From an uncultured Planctomycetota bacterium (GTDB lineage: Bacteria > Planctomycetota > Planctomycetia > Isosphaerales > Isosphaeraceae), in contig CAWGMQ010000010.1 in the NCBI GenBank assembly GCA_963823665.1, forward strand, positions 2,144,001 through 2,208,000: a stretch of 64,000 nt of DNA. The letters are read 5' to 3'. Positions 1 through 10,113 of the stretch are shown piece by piece; position 1 is the first letter of the stretch; the number at the start of each line of letters is the position of its first letter. Under the pieces are notes generated by a model. It did not search any database, was not told the origin of the DNA, and worked only from the letters and a program-made list of their open reading frames with translations. The position numbers and the translations under genes are program-made.

Positions 1-1086
1 GAAACCCGTCGCATAATATACTTAGCGCGATCTCGATTGCCGACACTGGAGTCGGCGCGACGGGCGCCCACCTCTCTGGAACCGGGAATGATTGCTTCGT
101 TTGCTCGTGCGCGTGCTCGAGGACCTCAGCTCGGCCTGACCAGGCCTGTGCCGTGGGAAAAATGGGGCCGAACTGCGCCCGGAGAGGGGGATCGGTGCGC
201 GATGAAATCTTCCCGAATTCTGAGCTGTGCCGAGCGCGGACAGGTTCGGACCACGAACAGGATGAGTTTTCATCGTTTCATAGCGGACGGCTGCTGGCCA
301 CTGGCCGCTTTTGAAAGCCGGCGATTTACACTGATGTACAAATGCTGGAAACCCCTCGTAAACGCGCCACTTTGCGCCACAATCCGCCACTTGTCGGTGG
401 CCCTAAGACACGGGCTCTATTTCTCCACAAATCAAGTGAAGATAAGATGATAGGGTACGATCCCGATGCGGCCTGGCGATCAAAAACACCTCGTGGCGCT
501 AGTCAGGTCAAACCCGCCGCTCTGAATCTCTTAGTTTGTTCACTATTTCCATACGGCTTCAAGGCGTTGCGGCGAGCCATCGGATGGGGTTCAAGACAGC
601 AAGCGAGTTGAGACTTTTTCGGGGTCAAGAGTCCCATTTAGTTCCATCCACTTCTACTTATTTGGAGCATGCGATACATGTCTCGAGAGCCGGAACGAGG
701 AATGCGAAAGGGGAGAACTTGCACGGGGAGAAACTGGTCGGAGCAAACAGCGGACGGGAGGAGTCGGATCGATGACCGGAGGATGTCGTGAAAGTGTGTC
801 AAGTCGACTTGCGTTTTGTGACGAACGAACCCAATTCCGCTCACGTGGCTGGGAATGCGTAACTTGGAATTAGAGTGAAGGTTGGATCACGAAAACACCC
901 ATGAACGGTGACTTGACAACGTGGCTGAAATGCGCGAACGAACCCAAACTTCGCCCCGCTGGGGCGGGAGACGTGGCCTGGGTGCGGCCGACAGGGGGGT
1001 CGGGCCTACGGCGACTGGCCCGGGGAGGAGCGCGACCGATGATCGACGTCGCTGGGTTCTCGGAGTCGGAGAGAGATATGAGGCTA

Positions 1087-1143
1087 AGATTGGGATTGGG
1101 ATTAGGATTAGGATTAGGAATAGGATTAAGATTGGGATTTGGA
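1087..1143. repeat. Hexamer microsatellite, about 9 imperfect units of GGATTA/GGATTG
   Basis: Reads agattgggattgggattaggattaggattaggaataggattaagattgggatttgga. It produces the LGLGLG and IRIRIR runs in spurious ORFs. Confidence 0.85.
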
Positions 1144-1416
1144 TGCCGCCGGTTTACACGAGTGCACGGATGCTGGAAGGCCCTCTAAACACTGCCACTT
1201 TTTGCCACTTTTCGAGGGCGTCGGCAATTGCTCCGGGTGTGTGGCGTCTCTGTCTTTCCTGCGTGCGAGCCTCCCCGGGGCCGCCTGGGGCGGGAGCTCG
1301 CCCACGCAGGGGGAGGAATGTTTGGCGTTCCCTTAATCCTTATGGGGAAAGGACGCGCGTCGAATATACAAAACGAAATGGGGCGCGGTTCAAAGGCGGA
1401 TAACACCCGCGGCATG

Positions 1417-1471
1417 CTAGCCCGAAGCACAAGCGACGGTGAGCGGAACCCTCGCTGGCGCTTCGGGCTAG
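1417..1471. repeat. REP-like imperfect palindrome of planctomycete type
   Basis: CTAGCCCGAAGC (1417-1428) pairs with GCTTCGGGCTAG (1460-1471), and the stem extends imperfectly inward (aagcga / tcgctg). Confidence 0.75.
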
Positions 1472-1603
1472 TGTGGTCGCTGGGTCGAGCGCGCAACGTG
1501 TTGCCCAGTCAGCCGCACGCATGACCGAGGCCCGAAACGCTCGGTCAAGGTGCGGCTGGAGCCCGACGCCGGCGCCTTCCGCTTCTCCTTTCGGCGGGCG
1601 GGT

Positions 1604-1631
1604 TTGACCGTTCCCGAGCGTCGCCTACAAT
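1604..1631 (+). promoter_or_regulatory. Putative sigma70 promoter upstream of the aminotransferase
   Basis: TTGACC (1604-1609), 16-nt spacer, TACAAT (1626-1631). RBS GGAGGAG at about 1782-1788 precedes ATG 1794. Confidence 0.5.
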
Positions 1632-1793
1632 GACACTGTGTGCGCCTGCTCCACTCGATCTCGTCGATCACGCGTGCATGCTGACTGAGACCGAGCCTGG
1701 TTTGGCGAGGCTCACTCGAGAGCAAAACAGGCGCGTTGTTACGCCGCACGGAACACCTTCAGCGCGAGCCAGGGCCCGCCGGGAGGAGATGGA

Positions 1794-3144
1794 ATGATTC
1801 CACTGCACCGAGACGAGCCGCGGATCAACTTACCGTTGCCGGGGCCTCGCAGCGCGGGGTGGCTCGAGCGCGACCAGCGCGTCATGTCGCCTTCCTATAC
1901 GCGCATGTATCCGCTGGTCGTCCGAAGGGCGAAGGGGGCGATGATCGAGGACATGGACGGGAACCGGTTCCTCGACTTCACTGCGGGCATCGCGGTGACG
2001 AATGTCGGTCATTCGCACCCGCGCGTGGTCGCCGCGATTCGTCGCCAGTCGCGCCGATTGATTCACATGTCGGGGACGGACTTCTATTACGTGCCACAGG
2101 TTCGCCTGGCCGAGCAGCTTGCGGCGCTGGCACCGGGGAATGAGCCCAAGCGGGTGTTTTTCACCAACAGCGGGGCCGAGGCGATCGAGGCGGCGCTCAA
2201 GCTGGCGCGGCGTCATACAGGGCGCAACTGCGCGCTAGCGTTCGTGAACGCCTTTCACGGCCGAACCTATGGCGCCATGTCGCTTTCCGGGTCGAAGCCG
2301 ATGCAGCGCCGGGGCTTCTCGCCGCTGGTGCCGGATATCCACCACGCGCGGTATGGCGACCTCGAGAGTGTGCGCGCTGTTGCGCACGATCTGTCCGGCC
2401 GAAGAGCTGGCGGCGATCTTTGTCGAGCCGATCCAGGGGGAGGGTGGCTACATCGTGCCGCCTCCTGAGTTCCTGCCCGGTCTGCGCGAGCTTTGTGATG
2501 AGCACGGCGTGCTGCTGGTCTTTGATGAAGTGCAAAGCGGCATGGGCCGCACGGGCAAGATGTTTGCCTCGGAGCACTGGGGGGTGGCGGGTGACATCGT
2601 GTGCCTGGCCAAAGGGATCGCGAACGGACTTCCGCTGGGAGCGATCGTGGCTCGCGCCTCGGTGATGGATTGGCCGAGCGGGAGCCATGCGTCAACTTTC
2701 GGCGGGAATCCCGTTGCGTGTGCGGCATCGCTGGCGACCGTGCAGCTTCTGGAGGGCCGGTACATCGCCAATGCGCGGCGGCGGGGCCGGCAGCTCAAGG
2801 ATGGGCTCGAGGATCTCGCCCGTCACTTTCCGTTCGTTCGCGAGGTGCGGGGGCTTGGCCTGATGATCGGACTGGAGATCCAATCCGAGAGCGGCGAGCC
2901 CGCTCCCGGCCTGCGGGATTGGCTGATTGATCTGGCATTTCATCACGGCCTGCTGCTTTTACCGTGCGGGCCAAGCACCATTCGGTTCTGCCCGCCGTTG
3001 TGCCTGACGCGGCGGCAGGTGGAGATCGGTCTGCGACTACTGGCGGTGGTGATGTCGGCTGCCGTCGAGGAAAATGCGCGGTCGAGGAACGGGATGAGTG
3101 ATCCGACGCAGGCCTGCGAGGATCTCGAACCCGAGCCGGCGTGA
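1794..3144 (+). CDS. Class-III PLP aminotransferase (GABA/acetylornithine/lysine aminotransferase family); apparent frameshift near 2370-2390
   Basis: ORF 1794..2468 has DMDGNRFLDFTAGIAVTNVGHSHP, FFTNSGAEAIEAALK and AFHGRT. ORF 2269..3144 has EPIQGEGG, FDEVQSGMGRTG, the PLP lysine in LAKGIANG, and STFGGNP. Confidence 0.92.
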
Positions 3145-3226
3145 TTGCGGGCTCTCGCGTGAGACGACTCGCGGGGCCGCACACGCCCCGAGCAGGACGA
3201 CACAATTCAAGAGGAGGCGACAACCC

Positions 3227-4653
3227 ATGACTGCAACAGCCGAAATGACGGCCCCCCCGCACTTCGAATGGAAGCGCTGGCCGGAAACCGACGACTTGCT
3301 TGACGAGGCGATCAAGCTGGCTCTGGAGGGCAACAGCCTGGCGGCTGCGCTCGCGAGCCGGATGCCGCGGGAGACAGGCACGCAGTTCAAGGTCTGGATT
3401 GACCACGTTGTGTTGCGAGGTGGACGGGCGCTTGCGGGCCGGCTGGTCGATCTGGGCTATGAGCGACAGGCGACACCGTATTCGGTGGGCGTTCCGCTGT
3501 TCGCGCATTCGGGGGGGATGTTTCCGCCGATTGCCCTCGAGGCTGCGAAGCCGGGTAGCCCCCATCCTGAGGATCTGCAGGTCCCGGAAATCGCCCTCAA
3601 GGTTGAGTCGGTGGCCGATTTTTCTCGAGCGCACGACCTGGGCCTGCGAATCGCGGGTTATGCGATCGGCCCGTACCGGGTGGCGAAGATCGCGGGGACG
3701 GGGACGACGCTGGCGGTGGTCGAACGGCGCGGTTATCGCGGATTCGAGCCTTATCCCGGCGAGCTGGCGCGCGAGGGACGCATGAAGCCGCACGCCGCAC
3801 GCGATGCACTCGCCGCGCGCGATCTCTGGCATGGCCGCCGGCGCCGATTCGATGATGACGAAGAGGGAATCGCGGCGACCGAGGCGACGCTCGAGCAGGT
3901 CATCGAGCTGGCCGGTTCAAGGGATCTGGCGTGCCATTTGATATTTGAAGCCGAGCGGTCTTACTGGGAGTCGCGCAATCGCGCCGTGCGCGTGCAAAAG
4001 GCGCGGCAAGACCGATTGGGACTGGGATGGGCGAACCATGACCATCACACGTTTCGCTGCTCGCGGCGGTTTTTCCCGCGGATCATGACGATGTTCAAAC
4101 GATTGGGCTTTGCGCTGCGGAGCGCTTTCACGCGGGCGCACACGCGGGCTGGGGGGCGCAGATCCTCGAGCACCCGACGACCGGCATTGTGATCTTCGCG
4201 GATCTCGATCTCGCACCTGAGGAAGCGACGGAGGATTTTGCAACTCAAGTGCTTCCGGAGCTGCCGCGTCCTGGAACGGTTGGACTCTGGGTGGCGCTGC
4301 ACGGCGAGTCGATACTTGAGGCTGGCATGCATCATCTTGAAGCGCAGTTTGATTTTGAAGCGTTGCGTGAAGGGATCAAGGCCGAAGCCGGCATCGAGAC
4401 GATGCCGCCGTTCTCGAACTTTCCATTCCTGCGGCAGGCGTTCACGGCGGGGGAGCGCTGGAATGTCTCGGCGCATCGCGCGGACCGGGCACTTGCGCTC
4501 GGGTGGATTGATGCCGAGCAGCATCAGAAGTTTCTCCGGGAAGGCACGATCGGCAGCCATCTGGAGAACCTCGAGAGGCGCGAGGGCTACAAGGGCTTCA
4601 ATCAGCAGGCCGTGAGCGCCATCATCGCGGCGACGGATCCGCGGCTGCATTGA
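3227..4653 (+). CDS. Conserved hypothetical protein, probable VOC/HPPD-HglS-like Fe(II) enzyme; frameshift near 4120
   Basis: RBS GAGGAGG at 3211-3217 before ATG 3227. ORFs 3098..4192 and 4189..4653 join through ERFHAGAHAGWGAQILE. Motifs NHDHHTFR, GMHHLE and ENLERREGYKGFNQ. Confidence 0.7.
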
Positions 4654-5120
4654 CTCTGGAGATCAGTGAGATGGACGTGCGGTATCTGCTCATCGCCCGA
4701 TACGCAGAAGTTGTGCAAGACGGGTCCGTCAATTTGATCGGTGCCGGTTCGGATGTCCATTTGACTTCGGCACTTCCCACCGCCTTGCCGATGTTGTACG
4801 TTGTCGCTCAAGTGGCATTGGACATGGAAGACGCTGCGAGTTCGCACACGCTGAAGATTCGGGTTGTCGATCCGCAAGGCGGGCAGATTGCCGAGACCGA
4901 TATGATCAATATCGACGCGCAAGCGAATGTTCCAGGCGATCGAGAACACCTCGGTGCGAAGATCGTTTTAGGATTGCAAAACATCGAGTTGAAAGTGTAT
5001 GGCCGCTACCGAATTCAGCTCTATTATGATGAAGGCATCGTGAAGCAAGCCCAATTGCGAGTCGATCCGGTTCAGGGGGACGCACCAGCGAGTTCTGGTG
5101 CCCAGGGAGCGGATGCGTGA
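4650..5120 (+). CDS. Hypothetical protein, DUF6941-like beta-sandwich
   Basis: YLLIARYAEVVQDGSVNLIGAG ... IRVVDPQG ... GRYRIQLYYD resembles the DUF6941 pattern. Overlaps the upstream stop codon. Confidence 0.6.
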   Translation: MTLEISEMDVRYLLIARYAEVVQDGSVNLIGAGSDVHLTSALPTALPMLYVVAQVALDMEDAASSHTLKIRVVDPQGGQIAETDMINIDAQANVPGDREHLGAKIVLGLQNIELKVYGRYRIQLYYDEGIVKQAQLRVDPVQGDAPASSGAQGADA

Positions 5121-6005
5121 ATTGCTATCAAAAAACGATCGATCTTGGGCGGCTGCGACGGGGCGGCGAGAGCCACCAACCAGATTCCGCGGTGGCATTC
5201 CTCCCGGGTCCGGTGGCGGCGGTGCGAAGGGGCGACGCCTGCACGCCCAGCACGCGAGTGATTCGAAGTAAGGTTGAACGCTGGACCTTCGCATCGCAAC
5301 GCTTGGAGGATTTGGTCGTCGCGCGCGACGACATAGTCGTGTTCATTTCCGTCAAGGGACGTTCACCGCGGTCGTTTGGACAGGCTTGGTTCTCCGGATC
5401 GAAGTCGAGCCCGGAATCCTTCTCGCTTGGCGTTCCGCTGAATGATCCGACGGACTCGCCGAGTGTCCCACCATTGTCCAAGCGCGACCGCGAAGAGTAC
5501 GAGAAGCTGTACGGCCAACTCGGATGGTGGAAGGGGCCGTTCGCTTCGCCCGAGGCGCAAAACGCCACACGTGATTTCTGGATCAAGAAGGGCGCCGCGG
5601 GAGCAGAATGGCTTGCCGAGCGGGTTCGCAGCGAAACTCACACTGATGCGCTCGAAGCCGTGGGCAACCTGATCGCCGATATCGGGTGCGCGGCCATCGA
5701 CCCAATCATTCGCAAGCTACGAAATGCGACGAGTCGCGATCAGTCCGAAGTCCTGCTGAAAGCGCTAAGCTGGATTGAGAAGACCCAAGATGCGCCTGCC
5801 CTCGATCTGGAGCTTCTTGAAAAGACTCTGGAGAAGTATTTCCTGGATCAGGACGCCGATATTCGAGCGGCGGCGTACGCCGCCACAGGGATCCTTCCGC
5901 GAGATCGAGCGATCGTTCGACTTGATAGGAGACGACCCCTCGAGCGAGAACCCCTCAGCCCTCGAAGCGCTTGACGAAGCACGCGACGCTCGACTCACGC
6001 TCTGA
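5117..6005 (+). CDS. Hypothetical protein with a HEAT-like helical C-terminal half; probable frameshift near the 3' end, start uncertain
   Basis: AAIDPIIRKL, VLLKALSWI and DQDADIRAAAYAATG are HEAT-like. ORF 5117..5974 appears to continue in another frame as ENPSALEALDEARDARLTL, ending at 6005. Confidence 0.55.
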
Positions 6006-6507
6006 ACCAGTGGGTTTGGTTCTACGGTTTATCAGGAAGAATCGATGGGAGAACAAGAACCCGGATTCGGAGGACGACGTCGCGACAGCCGCCGCAGACT
6101 TCAAACTTCGACCGAACGAAAACGCCCTCTCGTTTTATCTGGTACTGGACGAAGAGGAGGGTCGCCGGATCGCGACGGCGTTCAAAATGATTCAAATGGA
6201 TAAGCGGCCGGATTTCGTAGATTTCATGGTGTTGCCCAGGTCGCTCCTCGCCGAATTCGGTGTCTCGCTCAAAGATCAGCCTGAACCCAAACTTCCCGCG
6301 ATCTTGTCCTCTCGTCATCTAGAAACGGTCGGGCCGCAGCACGAGGCCGAGAGTGCTTTAATAAGGAAGCTGCTTGATCCGAGTAATGGTCGAATCTTTC
6401 GCGTTAAGCGAGAAGAGGCCATCCAGGTTGCCAGGACACTGGTCGCGGAAGACCCTGACTTGCTCGAGCGGCTCGGAGCGCATTGGCGGAAGGCGATCGG
6501 GCGCTGA
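5971..6507 (+). CDS. Hypothetical protein, possible ADP-ribosyltransferase/RES-like fold
   Basis: 178-aa ORF with an early Arg (LRFIRKNRW), ADFKLRPNENALSFY and a late His (SRHLE). The fold is an inference only. Confidence 0.5.
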   Translation: MTKHATLDSRSEPVGLVLRFIRKNRWENKNPDSEDDVATAAADFKLRPNENALSFYLVLDEEEGRRIATAFKMIQMDKRPDFVDFMVLPRSLLAEFGVSLKDQPEPKLPAILSSRHLETVGPQHEAESALIRKLLDPSNGRIFRVKREEAIQVARTLVAEDPDLLERLGAHWRKAIGR

Positions 6508-6559
6508 GACATTCATTCCAACGACAGCCTCTGAGATCAGACCGGAGAAGTGAAATCCC

Positions 6560-8204
6560 GTGACCGTTGTGCCGGCAAAAACCGCGGCTCCTCAGCGCTC
6601 GAACGCCGACCTTCGCTCGCTTACGAGTGAGCTTCTCGTCCAGGCGGAGCAATTGCGTCAGGGAGGGGGCAGGGGGGCGATCGAGCGCCAGCACGCCAAG
6701 GGCGCAAAACGGCGCGTGAGCGGATCGCAGCGCTCTTCGATCCGGGTGCTCCCACGCTCGAGATCGGCCTCTGGGCGGGGTATCAAGTCTATGACGAATG
6801 GGGCGGCGCACCGGCGGCGGGGGTTGTCACGGTGATGGGATCGGTGGCCTCGCGGCGCGTGATGGTTGTCGCTAATGATGCGACGGTCAAGGCTGGTGCG
6901 TGCTTCCCGATGACGATCAAGAAGATCCTGCGCGCCCAGTCGATCGCCGCCCAGAACCGGCTTCCGCTCGTCTACCTCGTCGACTCTTCGGGAGTGTTTC
7001 TGCCGATGCAGGACGAAGTCTTTCCGGATGAGGACGACTTCGGCCGCATCTTTCGCAACAATGCCGTGCTGTCGGGGCAGGGGATTCCCCAGTACGCTGC
7101 GATCATGGGGAACTGCGTGGCGGGCGGAGCCTATCTGCCGGTGCTTTGCGACACGGTGCTCATGACGGAGGGATCAGGCTTGTATCTGGCCGGCCCGGCG
7201 CTGGTGAAAGCGGCGATCGGCCAGGAAATCTCGCACGACGAGCTGGGCGGCGCGCGGTGCATTCGGCGATCAGCGGCACGATCGACTATCACGAGAAGGA
7301 TGACGACACGTGCTTGGCGCGGCTGCGCCGGCTGATCGGTCTCTTGCCGCCGGACCCGATTCCGCCGGTGGCGGCAGCCACGATCGAGCCGCCGGGCCGG
7401 CCCGCCGAGGATCTCTATGACCTGGTGCGCTCTGATCCTTCGGCCCAGTATGACGTGCGCGAGCTGCTTCGCGCGATCCTGGACGGCGGCCGGCTCGACG
7501 AATATCGGGCTGAGTATGGCCGAACGCTCGTCTGCGGCTTCGGCGCAGCTCGGCGGAAATGCGCTGGGAATCGTCGCGAGCCAGCGACTGAGGTTTCGGC
7601 CCGAGGGAGGCGGCCCGATCCAGTTCGGCGGCGTGATCTATGCTGACAGCGCCGACAAGGCCGCACGGTTCGTGCTCGAGTGCAATCAGACGCGGGTGCC
7701 GATCCTTTTTATCCAGGACGTGAACGGGTTCGACGTCGGCCGCGATGCCGAGCGCACCGGCATCATTCGCCGGGCGCAAAGCTCGTGAGTGCGGTGAGCA
7801 ACAGCAGGGTGCCCAAGATCACGTTGATTGTGGGCCATTCGTTCGGTGCAGGCCACTACGCGCTCTGCGGCAAGGCGTTCGATCCCCGGTTCATCTTCGC
7901 CTGGCCGGGCGCACGCTATGCGGTGATGGGTGCACAGCAAGCCGCCCGCACGATGCTGGATGTGAACGTGGCGGCGCTCAAGCGCGAGAAGAAAGAGATC
8001 GACGACCGCGAGCAAGCAGCGATGGCCGAGCAATTGCGGCAGCGCTACGACCGCGAGACCGACATTCGCTACGCCGCGGCGCGGCTGTGGATCGACGCGA
8101 TCATCGACCCGGCGCAGACGCGTGAGGTGCTCTCGCTGGCGCTTGACACCGCCGTGAGACAACGCGAGCTCGAGCCGATTACCACGGGAGTGTTTCAGGT
8201 GTGA
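6560..8204 (+). CDS. Acyl-CoA carboxylase carboxyltransferase (beta) subunit, MccB/AtuC-like; several frameshifts
   Basis: Successive frames give GGGRGAIERQHAKG, VANDATVKAGA, LVDSSGVFLPMQDEVFPD, GNCVAGGAY, QFGGVIYADSADKAARF, QDVNGF, SFGAGHYALCG, YAAARLWIDAIIDP and GVFQV. Confidence 0.9.
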
Positions 8205-8276
8205 TTTGGCGAGCCTTCTGTTCTGAGCTAACCTGCAGGCTGGGTTAATTTCACGATATCGTCGAGATTTATCGCT

Positions 8277-9710
8277 TTGATATCCAATAATCAAATTAAT
8301 GATTCTCGTTCCTTGCGAGTCGGCAACGGGGCCGGCTTCTGGGGCGATAACCTGGACGCGCCCTTTTTACTGGCCCGCGACGGCGAGATCGATTTCTTGA
8401 CGCTGGAATACCTCGCCGAGCTGACGATGGCGATCCTCAGCCATCTTCGGTCCCGGGACGCGGCGGCCGGCTTTGTGACTGATTTCCCGGAGCTGCTCGA
8501 GCGTCTAGCTCCGCTCTTGAAGGAGCAAGACGGTCTTCGAGTGGTGACGAACGCCGGCGGGCTCAATCCTCCGTCCTGCGCGGCCCGCTGCGGAGCCATA
8601 CTCGAAGCGGCGGGATTGTCCGAGATTCCGCTCGGGATGGTTACCGGCGATGACGTGCTCGATCGCGTTGCCGGCGGTGGGTCGAGCAGGGCATCGATCT
8701 CTCGCATCTGGAGACTGGCGAATCGATCTCGACCGTCTCTGACCGGCTGGTCGCAGCGAACGTTTATTTCGGAGCGCGGGGGATTGCTGCAGGCGCTCGC
8801 GGGTGGTGCTCGCATCGTATTGACCGGGCGAGTGGCGGATGCCTCGCTCACGCTGGGGCCGGCGGTCGCGCATCATGGCTGGGGGTGGGACGATTGGAAT
8901 TCGCTGGCCGGCGCCTCGACGGCGGGGCATTTGATCGAATGTGGGGCACAGGCGACTGGTGGTCTCTGGCACCGCTGGGAGCAGCTCGCCGACCCTGCGG
9001 GAATTGGTTATCCGATCGCGGAGATCGAGGCTGACGGCTCGTGTGCGATCACCAAGCCCTCGGGAACTGGCGGGCTGGTGAGCGTCAATACGGTTGCCGA
9101 GCAGTTGCTGTACGAGATCGATGATCCGAGTTGCTATCATACGCCCGATGTGGACGTCGATTTCACGAGTCTGGAATTGAGCCAAGCCGGGCAGGAGCGG
9201 GTGTCGGTCAAGGGCGCGACGGGGCGGCCGCCGTCGGACAGGCTCAAGCTGGTGGCGGTCTATCGAGACGGGTGGACTGCCAGCGGAATGGTGGCTGTTG
9301 TGGGCCGGAATGCGGAAGCAAAAGCGCGGGCGGCGGGGGAGCTCGTTCTGGAACGGGTTCGCCGGGCGGGTGTCACGCTGTCGGCCTCGCTGGTGGAGTG
9401 TTTGGGGGCAGGCGACGTGGCGCCGGGCGTGCTGGCGCCGGCAGCGCCGCCGTTTGAGGTGGTGCTGCGGGTGACAGTGCGCGACGCCCAGCGTGCGGCG
9501 GTGGAGCGGTTCTGCCGGGAGCTGGCGCCGCTTGTGACGGCGGGCCCGCCGGGAATCGTCGGGTATGCGGCGGGAAGGCCGGCACCGCGGCCCGCGTTCG
9601 GGTACTGGCCTGCGCTTGTGCCGCGGGCGATTGCGGAATCTCGAACGCGGGTCGAGGTCAGGGGTGCGTCAGAGTGGGCGAAGGCATTGCGTCCATCGAC
9701 CAAATCGTGA
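8277..9710 (+). CDS. atuA: Acyclic terpene utilization AtuA family protein (DUF1446); compensating frameshifts near 8670-8780
   Basis: RVGNGAGFWGD, LEYLAELTM, NAGGLNP, TGRVADASL, GHLIECGAQATGG and EQLLYEI. Confidence 0.88.
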   Translation: MISNNQINDSRSLRVGNGAGFWGDNLDAPFLLARDGEIDFLTLEYLAELTMAILSHLRSRDAAAGFVTDFPELLERLAPLLKEQDGLRVVTNAGGLNPPSCAARCGAILEAAGLSEIPLGMVTGDDVLDRVAGGGSSRASISRIWRLANRSRPSLTGWSQRTFISERGGLLQALAGGARIVLTGRVADASLTLGPAVAHHGWGWDDWNSLAGASTAGHLIECGAQATGGLWHRWEQLADPAGIGYPIAEIEADGSCAITKPSGTGGLVSVNTVAEQLLYEIDDPSCYHTPDVDVDFTSLELSQAGQERVSVKGATGRPPSDRLKLVAVYRDGWTASGMVAVVGRNAEAKARAAGELVLERVRRAGVTLSASLVECLGAGDVAPGVLAPAAPPFEVVLRVTVRDAQRAAVERFCRELAPLVTAGPPGIVGYAAGRPAPRPAFGYWPALVPRAIAESRTRVEVRGASEWAKALRPSTKS

Positions 9711-9748
9711 ACAATTCAGGGCGAAGCCGCAGAGTGAGGGAGCCGGCG

Positions 9749-10087
9749 ATGTCACATGAATCACCAAAAATCCGTCTAGGCGAGCTGGCGCACACGCGAA
9801 GTGGCGACAAGGGTGATCGATCGAACATCGGCGTCATTGCGAACGACGCCGCAGACTACCCGTGGCTGCGAACGCACTTGACCGAGGAGGCCGTCGGAGC
9901 ATTCTTGCGTCCGATGGGGATCGGCAAGGTCAAGCGTTTTGAGCTGCCGAGGCTGCACGCGTTCAATTTCATCATTGATCATGCTCTGGCAGGGGGTGCG
10001 AGCCGGTCGCTTCGAATCGACACGCAGGGCAAGGCACTGGGGACGATTCTGCTCGAGCTCCCGATCAAGAGCCCCCAAAAAGACTGA
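9749..10087 (+). CDS. Small AtuA-related protein (stand-alone AtuA C-terminal-like domain)
   Basis: LAHTRSGDKGD ... ALAGGASRSLRIDTQGKALG. Start MSHESPK at 9749. Confidence 0.85.
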   Translation: MSHESPKIRLGELAHTRSGDKGDRSNIGVIANDAADYPWLRTHLTEEAVGAFLRPMGIGKVKRFELPRLHAFNFIIDHALAGGASRSLRIDTQGKALGTILLELPIKSPQKD

Positions 10088-10113
10088 CGCCAATCTCGGA
10101 AGGGTTCCCATCA

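Noticed and set aside
1087..1143. Telomere or eukaryotic contamination
   Set aside because: The tract is short, imperfect and internal, in a clearly bacterial context.
22..1749. Many short ORFs in the first 1.7 kb
   Set aside because: No recognisable motifs, Arg/Ser-rich shadow composition, and they overlap repeats. Treated as non-coding or decayed.
6560..8204. Programmed frameshifting or true pseudogene in the carboxyltransferase
   Set aside because: No slippery heptamers are evident, and the same indel pattern affects many unrelated genes, so sequencing error is the simpler explanation.
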